Shown here one piece after another: positions 12,001 through 25,200 of a stretch of DNA of 64,000 bases. The stretch spans positions 2,666,001-2,730,000 of the forward strand of contig CM060734.1 in assembly GCA_030704615.1 (NCBI GenBank), read 5' to 3'. The notes below the pieces were generated by a model. It made no database searches, was not told where the DNA came from, and was given only the letters and a program-made list of their open reading frames with translations. Origin of the DNA: Takakia lepidozioides (lineage: Eukaryota; Plantae; Bryophyta). The translations under genes and the position numbers were made by a program. The stretch's first letter is position 1. Each line of letters begins with the position of its first letter.

Positions 12001-15000
12001 GAGAGAGAGAATGTACTCATAAGACGTTGTTTGCCGTAGCCTTGTGGCCATTGACCCGTGCCCAGTTTGAGCGGAAACCAAAGGGACAGAACCTACCTCT
12101 GTCAGGGGCTGACATTGGTAGTAAGACTTACCTTTATACAAAGAATTGATTCGGGTTTTCCAGATATCCTCTAGAAATCCCTTCACACAAGCATCAATCT
12201 GCTGTGTGTGATTTGCCCAAAAACTAGGCCTCAGAAGGGCCTGGGCTTTTGGCTCAGCCTTGAGACTTTCAAAGTTGGTGAACAGAGGTACAGGCACAAT
12301 TCTCTTGATAGATTGGAGGAGAGCTTCTCTCTGGTGAGAGTACCCCGGACAGTGAATCAGAAAATGAATATTGTCTTCGGGTTGCCCACACAACAGGCAA
12401 TTGCACTCTCCCTTTCCTCTCTGCTTCTGTTTAGTGTTCAAAGGTAGGCTTCCTGCCCTGAGTTTAAATTTCAGTCTGGTGCCGAGAGTGGGTAGACCCT
12501 TGAGGTCATCCATGATATCCTCCCCCATGTCACAGACTGGAAACAGGTTCAGGGAAGTTTTCTGCCTAACTTCATTTGCATCAGACAATTTACTGGTAAC
12601 AGACATGGCTTTGGACACTACAGTCTCTAAGTCAGATTTATCCAGCAAGGTCAAGACTTGCGGGTCCAGATTCAGATCCTTGAGAATCTCTTCTACTCTC
12701 TTCTGCCAGGACTTAGAGTGTTTGACAGGGCGGTCCTGTTTCCAAGATATAGAGTCGATTAACTTAGGGTATCTGGTGTTGGACATGTGTTGCAACTGAC
12801 CCCACCATCTGACCTTGAATTCATCTCGTCGGGAGCTTAAGGAAGGGATGCCAAACTCACCCCGAACAGCCACATTGGCTGTTTTGGAACATGCTGACAT
12901 GCACTCCTTAAGCACCCCCACTTGAATGGATTCTAGAGACTTAGCCTAGTTGGAGTTATCAACCCATATAGCAGATCCGTACTCCAAGGCAGGTTTAATA
13001 ACGCGGCAAAGTAAGGTTTTCTTGACCTCAGAGTTAATCCCTCTGCAGTGTAGAAATTTAGTGAGACTCAGCGCTTTGCCCTTGCCAGTTTGAACAACTT
13101 TCTGGATATGTGCATCCCAGTTACAGGGGAGACTCCTTCCAACCTCCAGGAATTGATTGATTGCACGAAGAGATACTTTGATCTTTAGGGGCTAGAGGCT
13201 AATGTCAGTAAATGTGCAGTGGTGGCATTCAACGACAGAGGAGAGGGAGGAAGTGATCTTCAGTGGCAGTGGGGTAGCCAAGAGATTCCAGTCCTCTCTT
13301 CCGAACTTGCAGCGGCTGAACGTCTGCCGAAATGCCTGCAAAGTCATCCGCAAACATAAGGGCTGGAATGGTGGCATCACCCACCCTTAACCCAAATCCC
13401 TCACGTTCCACATCCTCGAGGAGTTGATTGATGAAAACATTGAAGAGCAGAGGGGAGAGGGTACATCCTTGAGCTACACCTTGGTCTATGTCAAAGAAGT
13501 TAGACTTCTGTCCATTAACAGTGACACAGCTTTTGGTGTGAGCATACAAGTTATGGACAACTCTCCACATTTTTCCCTTGATTCCGCAAGACCAGAGGAG
13601 GAGCCATAGACCATCTCTCCACACTGTGTCATAAGCCTTTTTGACATCCAAGAAAAAGACATAAGTGGGTTTCCCTTCTTTTTTCCTTCCCTGGATAATC
13701 TGGCTTAGAGTGAAGATATGGTCCACACAGCCCCTGTTTCGCCGAAAGCCAGCTTGGCCTTCGTGAAAACAACCTCTAGATTCCAGATCAACCTCGAGAC
13801 GAGTACTTATAACTCTGCAAAATATCTTGCCAACAGCATTGAGGAGCGTGATGCCACGACAGTTCCCCGGGTCTTCTCTGTCACCCTTCTTGTATAAATT
13901 GACAATGACCCCCTGTCGCCAGCGAAAGGGGATCATTTCAGTCTTCCAGATAAGGTTAAAGAGGAGAACTAGGGCCTCTATCATGGGATCGCCACCGTGC
14001 TTGATAAGCTCGTTGACTATGCCATCAGGACCACCTGCTTTACATCCATTTAGATGTTCAATTGCTTCCACAATCTCAGAAGAACTAATGGGAGCGTTGT
14101 AGGCTTTTGAAATATACTCCAGTTCATCAGGGCTGTTTTGAATCATAGGAACAGTTTTACCAACTGTGTCCTTCCATTCATCAGAGGACCCCTCACTGTT
14201 AGACCTAGAAGTTCTGCCAAGGATACTGTAGTGGGTTTCAAAGGTTTTGACAATGTCAACCGTTGAAGTCACCACTGCACCCTTAGTAGTCTTCAGCGCT
14301 TGTACTTGCTGACAGTTTTTCGGCTTGAACAAACGTTGAAGGGCCAACCAGAATCTCTTGTCATTACCACCATGGTGCTTTGAGTTTATTTCACTGTATA
14401 GCTTGTCCCAGTATAATTTCTTCTGAGACCTTACAAGCTGATTGATATCTTTGCGGATCTGGTAGTACCTCGCCCACAATTCTTTGATGGTTTTCAAATT
14501 GCAGCACTCTTTATAGAGGACTCGTCTCTCAGCTATCTTGAGTGTAATCTCATTGGTCCACCAATTAACAGCTCTACCACAGACTATTAGTTTCCTCCCA
14601 ATGATCTTGTCAGCCACGGAGGAGACCAAACTCTCCCAAGAATCCACTGCTCTTTCGACTTCATTTCTTGCATTGTCAGCGCGAGACTGAAGGTCTTGGA
14701 GCGAGTGGACACAATGAGGGAGAGCCTCTTGCAAGGCCTGGACATACTCAGCCTTGACCTCTACCATTAGAATTCAGCTCGTCCTCACCAAAAGGCCCAT
14801 TGGTATCATCCTGATGGAGACCTTTGCCCACCTGGGCATTGAAGTCACCCAGTAAAACCACCTGACCTTTGGCAAGGAACTTAGCACAGTCCAGCTTAAC
14901 GTCTTCGAATGCTTTGTCTGCGTCAGCACTAAGGGTCATCTCTGTGGGCATGTAAACACAACCCACAAAGAGGTCCTTCGTATTCACGCCGCCCTTCAGT

Positions 15001-16266
15001 TTCAGTTTTAGCCAAATACTGTGCTCACACTGCAAACCCTTGTTGATAATTTCACAATTGTCACACAAGAAATCACGGACAAAGAATCCAGCCCCTTTTT
15101 TACCACGTTTGGCAGAGGCTGCCTTAAGAGTGCACATTTTACCTATCCATTTATAACCATTGACATCTCCAACCAGTTTGTCCGGTGTTTCCCATGTCTC
15201 TTGCCCAGCACAGATATGAATGTCATTTGCCCGAAGAACTTGTCCCACTTCGAGTTGTTTCCTTTGGTTAGTCAGCCCTGAGAAATTGGAAGTGCCCAGC
15301 CGTAAGCCAGCCCTTTGCATGTGAATTGTTTGTCGTCTAGGTAGCCTATGGTTACTCCTGGACGGCCAACAGTTCTGCAAAGGGGGGACAATTACCCCGT
15401 GTGTAGATTTTGCTCGTCTTGTGTAAACTTTGAGGATTGGTAAACCATTCAGAGTACCAAATCCTTCAGTTACACGACGTTCAGGCTCCGCACACTTAGG
15501 GACAGATTGTCCGTCTGGCTGCTTGGAATCAACCTCATCCAGAGCATCAAACCGGTTAGAAACTTTCAAGTTGAAGTCCCTGCCCTTGGTTGTCTTCCTA
15601 GAGCGCCTCATTGAATCACCAATGTCTAAGACCGCTCTCCAGCCAGTCAAGGGACGAACTTCTTTGAGATTGAATTGATGTGGACTCTATTAGTAGCATT
15701 TTCGGGCATTGCAACCTTCAAAGTACCTCTGTTATCAAGTCTCGAGATGGAACCATAAGCCATATAATCCAAGCCTAAGCTGAAGCATGTGGTTTTAAAG
15801 GACACATCGTCCATCCTGGGATTCACCCCAAAAACTACACATGAAGCCCTAGATTTGGCATAAGTAACCAATTCCCAGGAATCACCCTGGGGAGTGTTGT
15901 TATTGATAAGAGGTAATGTATTGGTAGATTTCGCAGGCTATAAGTTTAAGCACAAGGACCAACCCTAGCCCAAGTGCGGAGTATGCTAGACAGAGCATAC
16001 GACTGCCCAATTTGGGCGGAGGGGCAGCCCCCAAGCGGTATCACACTCCAGGGAGCTGCAGGGAATGGCCAGCGTAGGCATATTCTAAAGAGGGACAGGC
16101 CCCAAACTCTCCAACTAAATCCAATGCACTACCTTACCTGAAGCAAAGCACTTCAGGTCAAACCAAACAAAGACACGGGGTCACAAGGCCGGCATTTAGT
16201 CACAGAGACATTTATGTACTCCCGTATCAAGTCCACCCAATGGCAATAGGCTTCCTAGAGGACAGG
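12001..16266 (-). mobile_element. Near full-length non-LTR retrotransposon (APE + RT + C-terminal CCHC; RTE-X-like), decayed
   Basis: ORF1-like region with SNRFDAL (~15870-15330). AP endonuclease motifs QETW and VVLLGDFNA (ORF 14748-15650). RT motifs KAGGPDG, RGITLL, QAGFR, FLDVKKAYD, GVAQG and LMFADD (ORF 13229-14767). CLLC...HFLIHC in ORF 11995-12921, and a (CT)n tail. Has an internal deletion near 14767 and an inversion at ~13127-13302. The clade name is tentative. Confidence 0.9.
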
Positions 16267-16346
16267 GAGATAGAGAGAGAGACAGATTGTACTCATAAGA
16301 CATTGTTTGCCGTAGCCTAGAGAGAGAGACAGAGAGAGAGACAGAG
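16267..16346 (-). mobile_element. Very short RTE-X-like 3' stub embedded in (GA)n
   Basis: gattgtactcataagacattgtttgccgtagcct has GA repeats on both sides. Confidence 0.85.
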
Positions 16347-16884
16347 AGAAATGAAATGAAATGGTACTTTATAACGTCCAGAGAGAGAGATGCTACCTTG
16401 GTAGGTGGAAGGGAAGAAGTTCGGCGAGTGCGGAAGGCACTGTGCCAGCAAGAAATGCTGTCCGCCAAGAGCACGCGGATAAACTCCACACACCTTAGCA
16501 CTTCTCGACTTCCTCCCCATTTCACCACTAATTCTAACATCTGCACCCACGATTCATCATTAAGGCCAGGCACCTGGTGTCACTTGGCCCTTAAAAAATT
16601 TCAGATGTACTATTATTACTCTTTACTTTTCCTCTGGCCCTTGCTCGTTTCTTCATTCAACACAAAGAGAAACTGCACTTTCTAAACATGAAAGGCAATG
16701 AGGAAGACAGTGACTGTTGGTTCTGTATAGCCCAAATTTTCCTGCCAGGAAAGGAAGGTTAATGATGTGCCAACCTCAAGCAGGAGTGGGTTCTGCCCCA
16801 AACAATCTGTCAAAAATATGTGCCTTATTGATGCTACTTGCTTTGGCAGCACCTGTGAAACATGTTTCCACACTGTGAGTGTCA

Positions 16885-17340
16885 GAGAGAGGGAGAGCAA
16901 GAGAGAATGTACTCATAAGACATTGTTTGCCGTAGCCTTGTGGCCATTGACCCCGCGTCAGTTTGAGCGGATACTAAGGGACAGAAACTACCTTTGTGAG
17001 GGGCCTGAGTTTAAATTTCAGTGTAGTGCCGAGGGTTGGTAAACCCTTGAGGTTATCCATGATATCCTCTCCCATGTCACAGGCTGGAAACAAGTTCAGG
17101 GAAGTTTTCTGCCTAACTTCATTTTCATCAGACAATTTCCTGGCAACAGACTTGGCTTTGGACACTACAGCCTCTAAGTCAGATTTATCCAGCAGGGTCA
17201 AGACTTGCGGAGTTAGATTCAGATCCTTGAGAATCTCTTCTACTCTCTTCCGCCAGGACTTAGCCTGTTTCACAGGGCGATCCTGCTTCCAAGACATAGA
17301 GTCGATCAACTTAGGATATCTGATATTAGACATATGTTGC
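16885..17340 (-). mobile_element. 5'-truncated, internally deleted RTE-X-like LINE copy
   Basis: QHMSNIRYPKLIDSMSWKQDRPVK...LKGLPTLGT is nearly identical to 11995-12921. The 3' motif is at 16900, with GA repeats at both ends. Confidence 0.9.
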
Positions 17341-19020
17341 AGCAAGAGAGAGAGAGGAAAGCACAACTACTCTGATCTCCAATCTTGTGTTCCCTCTTTA
17401 CCTCTCTCTCCCATTTCATGCAGATCTTACCTCCTCATACTGCTCCATGGTCATGGGTATCTCATGTGGCGTTTCTAAGCGATCCACCATCAATGTTGCC
17501 AGCACATTGGCCGGGTTTGAAGGCCAAGCATTTGGGTCATCTGCAGCATTGCTAACTGCCCTGTCCAATGCCTGCTGCAAAAGATTTCCAAGCTCCAATA
17601 CCTTGGTTTCTGTTAAGTCATCTGTTTTCATAATTTCAGGTTCAACCCTTATTGGGGAACCTACTGGCCCAGTCAATTCACCACTGCAAAAGCTGGGTCC
17701 AAGTCTTTCCTTTTCGTAGATGTCCAGAGAAGAAAGGCCACCTGCACAAGAGCCCAGATAAGAGTGACCCTTGGCTAGGCCATGCAAGTAGTTTCATGAT
17801 ATGAGCACAGTAGCTCTGGAAAGTCCACCCAATGATTGAAAAATCAGGGGCCCACCTCGCTTCAGCCAGTCGAGGGCCATCACTTCAACAGACAGCAAAA
17901 TACGAACAGAGCAATACAGACAAAAAGATAAAGGGAAGTGTACATTCAGCACAATATGATAACCATCAACGTAAAAGTGATGGTAGATGTCTCCAAACAT
18001 CATTTCACAATATCCTGTCTCAGTCAATCTACTCCTTTGAGGGGTTGCCTATAAGCATGAGGACAGTGCGGTATACCTGACTTGGTCCTCCGATTCTCCT
18101 CTGAGAGCAGCAGACCAGGAATAGGGTAATGTCCATCTCTCAAGGTAGGAACAGACACGAGTATGAAATTTCCATATTTATCAAGCCTACCCGCAGCCAG
18201 AGTAGCAACTGAAAATGACCCACGGCTGCTGGCAACCCCACCTCTTCTTTGCAAGCTTGATGGTTCTTGAGTCCTTCTCTGCATATCTGCCACACCAGAT
18301 TCAGTGATATTGTCATGAAAGACATCCTGCTATTCTTCCAATTCTGGATTCCCTTTGTTACAAATCTTCGTGATGGATGTTCTAAAGTTTCTTCCATCCA
18401 TCCTTTCTCTCTCTTGCACATTGATGAAAGCTCTCCTGTTCAATCCAAATTCCCCAGTGGACACTAGCATCAAATCAATGCTGAAGGAAAGCACTTTCTA
18501 GAGTAAACCTCCAAGGCCAGAGCAAACACCACATGTTCCGGTAGGTCCCATACTGAACAGAAGCTTCCCTTCCAGAGATGAACCCCATTATGCTCTCCAT
18601 CCCCCCCCCCACCTTTTCTGCTCCATCAATCAATGCATGGGTCTATGGGCACAAGGCTACAGCAAGCAAAGTGTAATAAGAACATTCCTTTCTAGTTCTG
18701 AAGACCCAACCTGCCATGGCATATGGCATGTACAAGCTCGAAAAGCATTTGCAGAATTTAGAAATCAATAACCCTAGAGGGGGAGAACGCACTGGTTGGA
18801 GAAGAAGTGAAAGAAGTAACTCGTGGGTTGCGTTCACAATGCTCAAATGAATAATCCAGCAAACTGCTCACCATCTGCATCCGACCAGAACTTAGAGGTT
18901 CATTGGTTACACTCTGGCAAAGACATTCGGCAAGAAGAAATATATTCATGTCCACAGAAGCCCTAGAGGCCTTTGGAGAGCACTGCAAGCAGTAGACCAT
19001 ACTTGGACAAGCCCGAGTAT

Positions 19021-20530
19021 GAGAGAGAGAGAGAATGTACTCATAAGACATCGCTTGCCGGAGCCTTGTGGCCATTGACCCCGCGCCCAGTTTGAGCGGA
19101 ACACAAAGGGACAGAAACTACCTTTGTCAGGGGCTGAGGCCGGTAGTATGACTTACCTTGGAACAGACAATTGATCCGAGTTTTCCAGATATCAGCTAGA
19201 AATCCCTTTACACAAGCATCAATCCGCTGTGTGATTTGCCCAATAACTAGGCCCCAAAAGGGCCCGGGTTTTTGGCTCAGCCTTGAGACTTTCAAAGAGG
19301 TTCAGGCACAATTCCCGTGATGGATTTGAAGAGGGCGTCTCTCTCGCTAGAGTACCCAGGACAATGAATCAGAAAATGAATACTGTCTTCAGGTTGCCCA
19401 CACAACGGGCAATTGCAATCCCTCTTTCCTCTCTGCATCTGTTTGCTGTTCAAAGGTAGGCTTCCCACCCTGAGTTTAAATTCCAGTCTAGTGCTGAGAG
19501 TGGGTAATCCCTTGAGGTCATCCATGATGGCCTCCCCAATGTCACATATGGCAACAAGTTCAGGGAAGTTTTCTGCCTAACTTCATTTTCATCAGACAAT
19601 TTCCTGGCAACAGACATGGCTTTGGACACTACAGCCTCCAAGTCAGATTTATCCAGCAGGGTCAAGACTTGCGGAGTTAGATTCAGATCCTTGAGAATCT
19701 CTTCTAACCTCTTTCCCCAGGACTTAGCCTGTTTGACAGGGCGATCCTGCTTCCAAGACATAAAGTCAATTCACTTAGGGTATCTGATATTAGTCACACG
19801 TTGCAGCTGACCCCACCATCTGAATTCATCTCGTCGGGAGCTTAAGGGAGGGATGCCAAACTCCACCTGAACAGCCACTGTTTTGGAGTCCAAGGCAGGC
19901 CTAATAACGCAGCAAAGCATGGTTTTTTTTACATTGATCCCTCTGCAGAGGAAAAATTTAGTGAGACCCAACACTTGTACTTGCCAGATTGAACAACTTT
20001 CTGAATATGTGCTCCCAATTACAGCTGGAGGAAAACTCAACGCCAAGGTATGTGTAGGAAGGGAGGACTGGAATCTCTTGGCTTCCCAACTGCCACTTGA
20101 GATCACCTCCTCCCTCCCCTCCATCATTGAATGCCACCACTGCGCAATTACTGACGTTAGCCTCTTGCCCCCAAAGGTCACAGTATCTCTTTGAGCAATC
20201 ATTCAACTCCTGAAGATTGGATGGAGTCTCCCCTATGCCTGCGAAGTCATCCGCAAACATAAGGGCTGGTATGGTGGCATCACCCACCCTTAACCCGGAT
20301 CCCTCACTTTCCACATCCTCGAGGAGTTGATTGATGAAAACATTGAAGAGCAGAGGGGAATGGGTACATCCTTGAGCTACACCTTGGTCTATGTCAAAGA
20401 AGTTAGACTTCTGTCCATTAACAATGACACAGCTTTTGGTGTGAGAATACAAGTTATGGACGACTCTCCACATCTTTCCCTTGATGCCAGATGACCAGAG
20501 TCGGAGCCATAGACCATCTCTCCACACTGT
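19021..20530 (-). mobile_element. 5'-truncated RTE-X-like LINE copy (RT C-half to 3' end)
   Basis: ORF 19958-20527 has GVAQG, LMFADD and YTYLGV. CPLC...HFLIHC is in ORF 19292-19525, and the 3' motif plus GA tract is at 19021. Confidence 0.9.
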
Positions 20531-20544
20531 GTCACCAAAAGGCC

Positions 20545-21700
20545 CAATGAAACGGAACAGACACTACCTTTGTGAGGGGCTCACTCTGGTAGGGTGACTT
20601 TTCCAGATATCCTCTAGAAAGCCCTTCAGATGTACTGAGTTTGTGTGTCGACCCGGGAAGAAGACTCAACCATGACATAGTCTTCATATTCAAAATTAGA
20701 AAACACCAGACTTACCACAGAAAGGAAGAAAAACAGAGAGAGAGAGAGAGAGAGAGAATGTACTCATAAGACGTTGTTTGCCATAGTCTTGTGGCCATGA
20801 ACCCCGTGCCCAACCAGTATGAACGTCAAATGGGCTAATCTTTGAAGGCAAGTTCTCAGAACAAAACGTCAAGGAAAGTTGCATGAAAGAGTAGGAACCC
20901 AGAAAGAAAGCTGTAACCTAAAGAGTTATTTTGAGAGTACGAGACAAATCAATTATTTCCTGTATAACCGGCTGGTCTGGCTTCCCGCTGACTTCATCAA
21001 GTTACCCAATAACCCTTGTTGATAATTTCACAATTGTCACACAAGAAATCACGGACAAAGAAGCCAACACCTTTTTGACCATGCTTGGCAGAGGCCGCCT
21101 TAAGTGCACACATCTTACCAAACCATCTAGAATCGTTGACATCTCCAACCACTTTGTCCGAAGTTTCCCATGTCTCTTGCCCTGCACAGATATGAATACC
21201 ATTTGCCTGAAGAACTTGTCCCACTTCAAATTGTTTCCTTTGGTTAGTCAGCCCCGAGAAGTTGAAAGTGCCCAGCCGCGAGCCAGCCCTTTGAATATGG
21301 ATTGTTTGCCGTCTAGGTAGCCTATGATTGCTCCTGGACTGCCAACCAATCTGCAAAGGGGGGTCAATCACCCCGTGTGGAGATTTTGCTGTCTTGTGTT
21401 AACTTGAAGGATTGGCAAACCATTCAGAGTACCATATCCTTCAGTCACACGACGCTCAGACTCAGCACACATAGGGCCAGCTAGCCTGTCTGGCTGCTTG
21501 GTATCAACCTCATCCAGGGCATCAAACCGGTTAGAAACTTTCAATTGGAGAGAGAGAGAGAGAGAATGTACTTATAAGACGTTGTTTGCCGTAGCCCTTG
21601 TGGCCATTGACCCCGCACCCAGTTTGAGCGGAGAGATTGTACTCATAAGACGTTGTTTGCCGTAGCCTTTGAGCGGAGAGAGAGAGAGAGAGAGAGAGAG
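20545..21700 (-). mobile_element. Cluster of further RTE-X-like fragments: 3' stubs (20736, 21548, 21630) and an ORF1/APE piece (~21010-21545)
   Basis: The 3' motif appears three more times. ORF 20997-21371 matches the APE start of 14748-15650. Confidence 0.85.
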
Positions 21701-22111
21701 AAAGTGACAGAAAGAAACCAGAGTAAATGTGGAGTATGCTGTTGCAGCTAGCTGAACAATTACTCGTTTGAGCTGCTCCAGGGCACGCACGCGCTGCCAC
21801 TTGGCAGCCAACTCAGGATCCTTAGCCTGCATCTTGTCTTCTCGTGCTTTCTGCAAAAAGAATTTATCGAGATTAATTTTTTTCCTTCCTTATCTTCTTA
21901 TGTTACAGTTCAAACTATCTTTCACGTTATTGCTTGGCTTCATCCCTATCACAGCTTCAGCTCTTTGCTGGAGCTCATGAATGCTCCCATTCTCTCTTTC
22001 CTGAGAACACACGCGCGATGGGAAAACTCGCCATTGAGCAACCTTCTTCTTGCACCTCCACTGTTATATGCAGTTACTGGCCATTTTAAAACTTTGATAA
22101 TGACCACAGTT

Positions 22112-22290
22112 GCCCCAGGCTACGAGCCTAAAAAAGGCTACAAAGAAAAAACAACCAACGAGTTGGGAGCAGACCACGAGATCGCCCCAGGCTACGAGCC
22201 TAGAAACGGCCATGAGGGAGAACCACTTAACGAGTTGGGAGCAGGCCACGAGATCGCCCCAAACTACGAGTCTGGAGAAGGCCAAAGAAA
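22112..22290. repeat. 72-bp tandem repeat, ~2.5 units, probably intronic
   Basis: gccccaggctacgagcct...aacgagttgggagcag.ccacgagatc starts at 22112, 22184 and 22256. Confidence 0.9.
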
Positions 22291-25200
22291 ATAGCTCGAC
22301 TGACCGCGCCATTTTTCTAACACTTTGAATAAGTACATACCATAGCTGTTTTGTCCCCCATTTCATCAAGCCACCAGATGAAGATGCCGAGAACTCCCTA
22401 TGACACAGAAAAAGTGAATCAGTTCTGTTCCCTAAGCATAACAATGGATTAGAATCCTTGAGGTGTAACCATACAGTGTTCCTGGCACCCAGGCATTGCT
22501 TATATTTAGCCAAAGCATCGTACAAAACAGCACCTTCAATCGCAATTCCTGACAAAAATGATTTGTTAGGCAAATGATTTCTCTCCATTCCCTGGTATTT
22601 TTCATTTCCAGGCGCATCCCAGTTCATAAGAAGGCAACTGAGGTACATGTTGAGTAGTAACCCTGCTGGGAAAGACAAGCTGGATTTAGTCAGGACCCCC
22701 ACCACATTAGTGAAACATTATATCGGCATAGGTCTGTCTTTATAGTGACACAGAAAAGAGGGAATGGGGATCTGACCCGAACATCTTGTACACGATGATA
22801 CTTGTAGCCCATGGAATACACAACATGACAGCTTCCTGACAGAACAGTATCTCATGCTCAACTACTAAACCACCATTTGCATTAAGTTTTGATGGTTTCA
22901 GCACGAAAGATTAGCACACAATTAACTACATCAGCAATAGACCTTGAGGCGAATGACAACTGCTTGAGGCCGGGATCCCTTATCTGGGGCAAGAAGCTGG
23001 AGGACCCCCAGGACTTCCAACCGAAGTTCCCAAGCATCCCCTCGATGTATAAGAGGTAGCAGCTGAAGCCATTGAAAGTCCAACACCTTCCGCAGCAGTT
23101 GACATACCAACTTCCGAGCCAGTCCCTCTGATTCTTCGTCATTCTGTTCGAACTCTGGTGCTTGAAGAGGTCTTTGGTAACCCCCCAACACTTTCTGATG
23201 GCTTTGCCAAAAGCTATGGTCTAATAGTTGCCGTATTGCCAAAATTCTGAGTAATGCCTGAATCCACGACACAAGAAATCAGAAACCAAGTATAAGGTCA
23301 AAACCATCATCTTACAAAGACTTCAGCATAATCACAGATTACTTTCCAACCATGAACCAGCTACCCTGTCTAGGGTTCCAAGGCTCTTGCTTTTTCCTGA
23401 TTCCCACTGAGAGGATTCAAGATTCTGCGAGTTTCATACACTTCAGAATGCTGAAGATAAGGCCACGGCAATACAATGCACTTGTAAATACCTGTTTGTT
23501 ACTTGACATGGTCAACCGAGTGACCAACATTTGTGCCCAGAATTCAAACACTTGTGGACCTCTGCCTTGAGCTGCCACCATCCGCATAACTCTCATTACC
23601 ACAAGCAGTTTCTTTAATGATGCTGTTTCAAACCCTCCATTGGCACAAGGAGTGACAGTCGTTGCTTCAGCAATCAAGTCTGCTACTGCATAGTTTCCCG
23701 TGGAAAGGATGGCAAAATGGCACATCCTCACAAAAGGATCCCCGTACTCACAACCTCTCCACTCTATAGCGGCACTTTGGGCCTTTGCCCTGGACTTGAT
23801 CCCTTGCCTGCAAGAAGCACTGTAATTCGTCCCAAATGTCGGTTCAGTTTCTCCATCCAATTTGTCCAACTGTCCATGGGTGTCACCAGTGAGTTGGACC
23901 ATTCTACTCCCAGAAACAGCTTCAAACCGCTCGATGCCTGTTTTTTCTAGAAGCTCGACACCAGTCTTCTCCATGAAAATTTGGCAAGACAAGTTCATTC
24001 CAGCTTCACTCCCAGCGACACCAGCCTGTTTGGTGTCAGCAGTTAAGTTGAATGAAACAGACTTTGAGGCATCTGCCAGAACCTCACAGCACTTACAGGT
24101 AGAGTTTGAACAGAGAATCAATGCTTCAGACCATAGCCTGTGCACATTCCCCCTCAAGTTATCAACCAACAAAAAGACCCCAGTTCCACCTTCCTGGGCG
24201 AAGAAAGCAAGCCGGTCCGAACCTGTGGGAATATCAGCCCCTGCAATGGCAATAATCCAGCTGGGGTCAGGATTAAGAAATGGAAATGACAAGGTTCAGA
24301 GGCATATTAAACATGCTAATGCAATACAATGCCAACTATACAATGTGGATGTTGCAGTTTCAAATCTTCTCACATCATTTTAAATTGTATGGATATCACC
24401 AGTCAGACAATGATGAATGCAGAAATGAGGCACCACAGATTATGAGGACGAGGAAATGAGGAAGTAAGCTATCTTTATCCAGAGATCAGGAAATGGGCAA
24501 TACCGAGCACATGAGGAAGTAGGTACTTTGAGACATCCATACACAACAGGTTCAAAAGTAGCGCTGATACATCAGAGAGCTTGTTGGCCACCCCATCCGT
24601 ACTCAAAGCATCGATAAGATGGCTTAGAAGTAGTACTATGTCTGCACCCACTGGTGCCAGCTCAGAAAGCCTCCTGCTAAGAATTGCACCCAGCCATTCC
24701 CGCATGCTCCTAGGTTCTTCGAGCGTTTCACCCTGCAAACACATGAAACTTGCTTAGAAAGCAAGTTGGTGATCTAAAAAAACTCTCATCATTTTATTTA
24801 GTAGCTTGAATATTTTTACATCTGTTTGTCTGATGACATCTTCTAATGTAGGCATCCTTAGTGCGAAAATCAAACTTTTAGTTCCAGAAAATGCCTGACA
24901 CAAGGGGTCTTACCATGAGCACTGACCAAATGGGAGGTAACAAAAGCTCCCCATGATTGGGACCTTGAAACAGACCACTCCAGGCTTGGACTGTTCTCAG
25001 TGTAAGCATCGGCACCCAAAGGCGTACAAATGCACCCAAAAACTGTGGACATAGAGCGGCCATAACCAGCCATACACTCAAAGTGCCTTCCTTCCTCTGT
25101 TTGCTTTTTGTACCTCCCTCCTCCATAGATGCAACTGGAAGCCTTATGTGTGGGAGCATTGATTGTACCACAGAGAAAACATGCTCTGGCACTCTGCACG

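Noticed and set aside
12001-12080. Hammerhead or HDV ribozyme in the conserved LINE 3' motif
   Set aside because: There is no CUGANGA/GAAA core or HDV topology, only a short GGCC-ACAA-GGCU hairpin.
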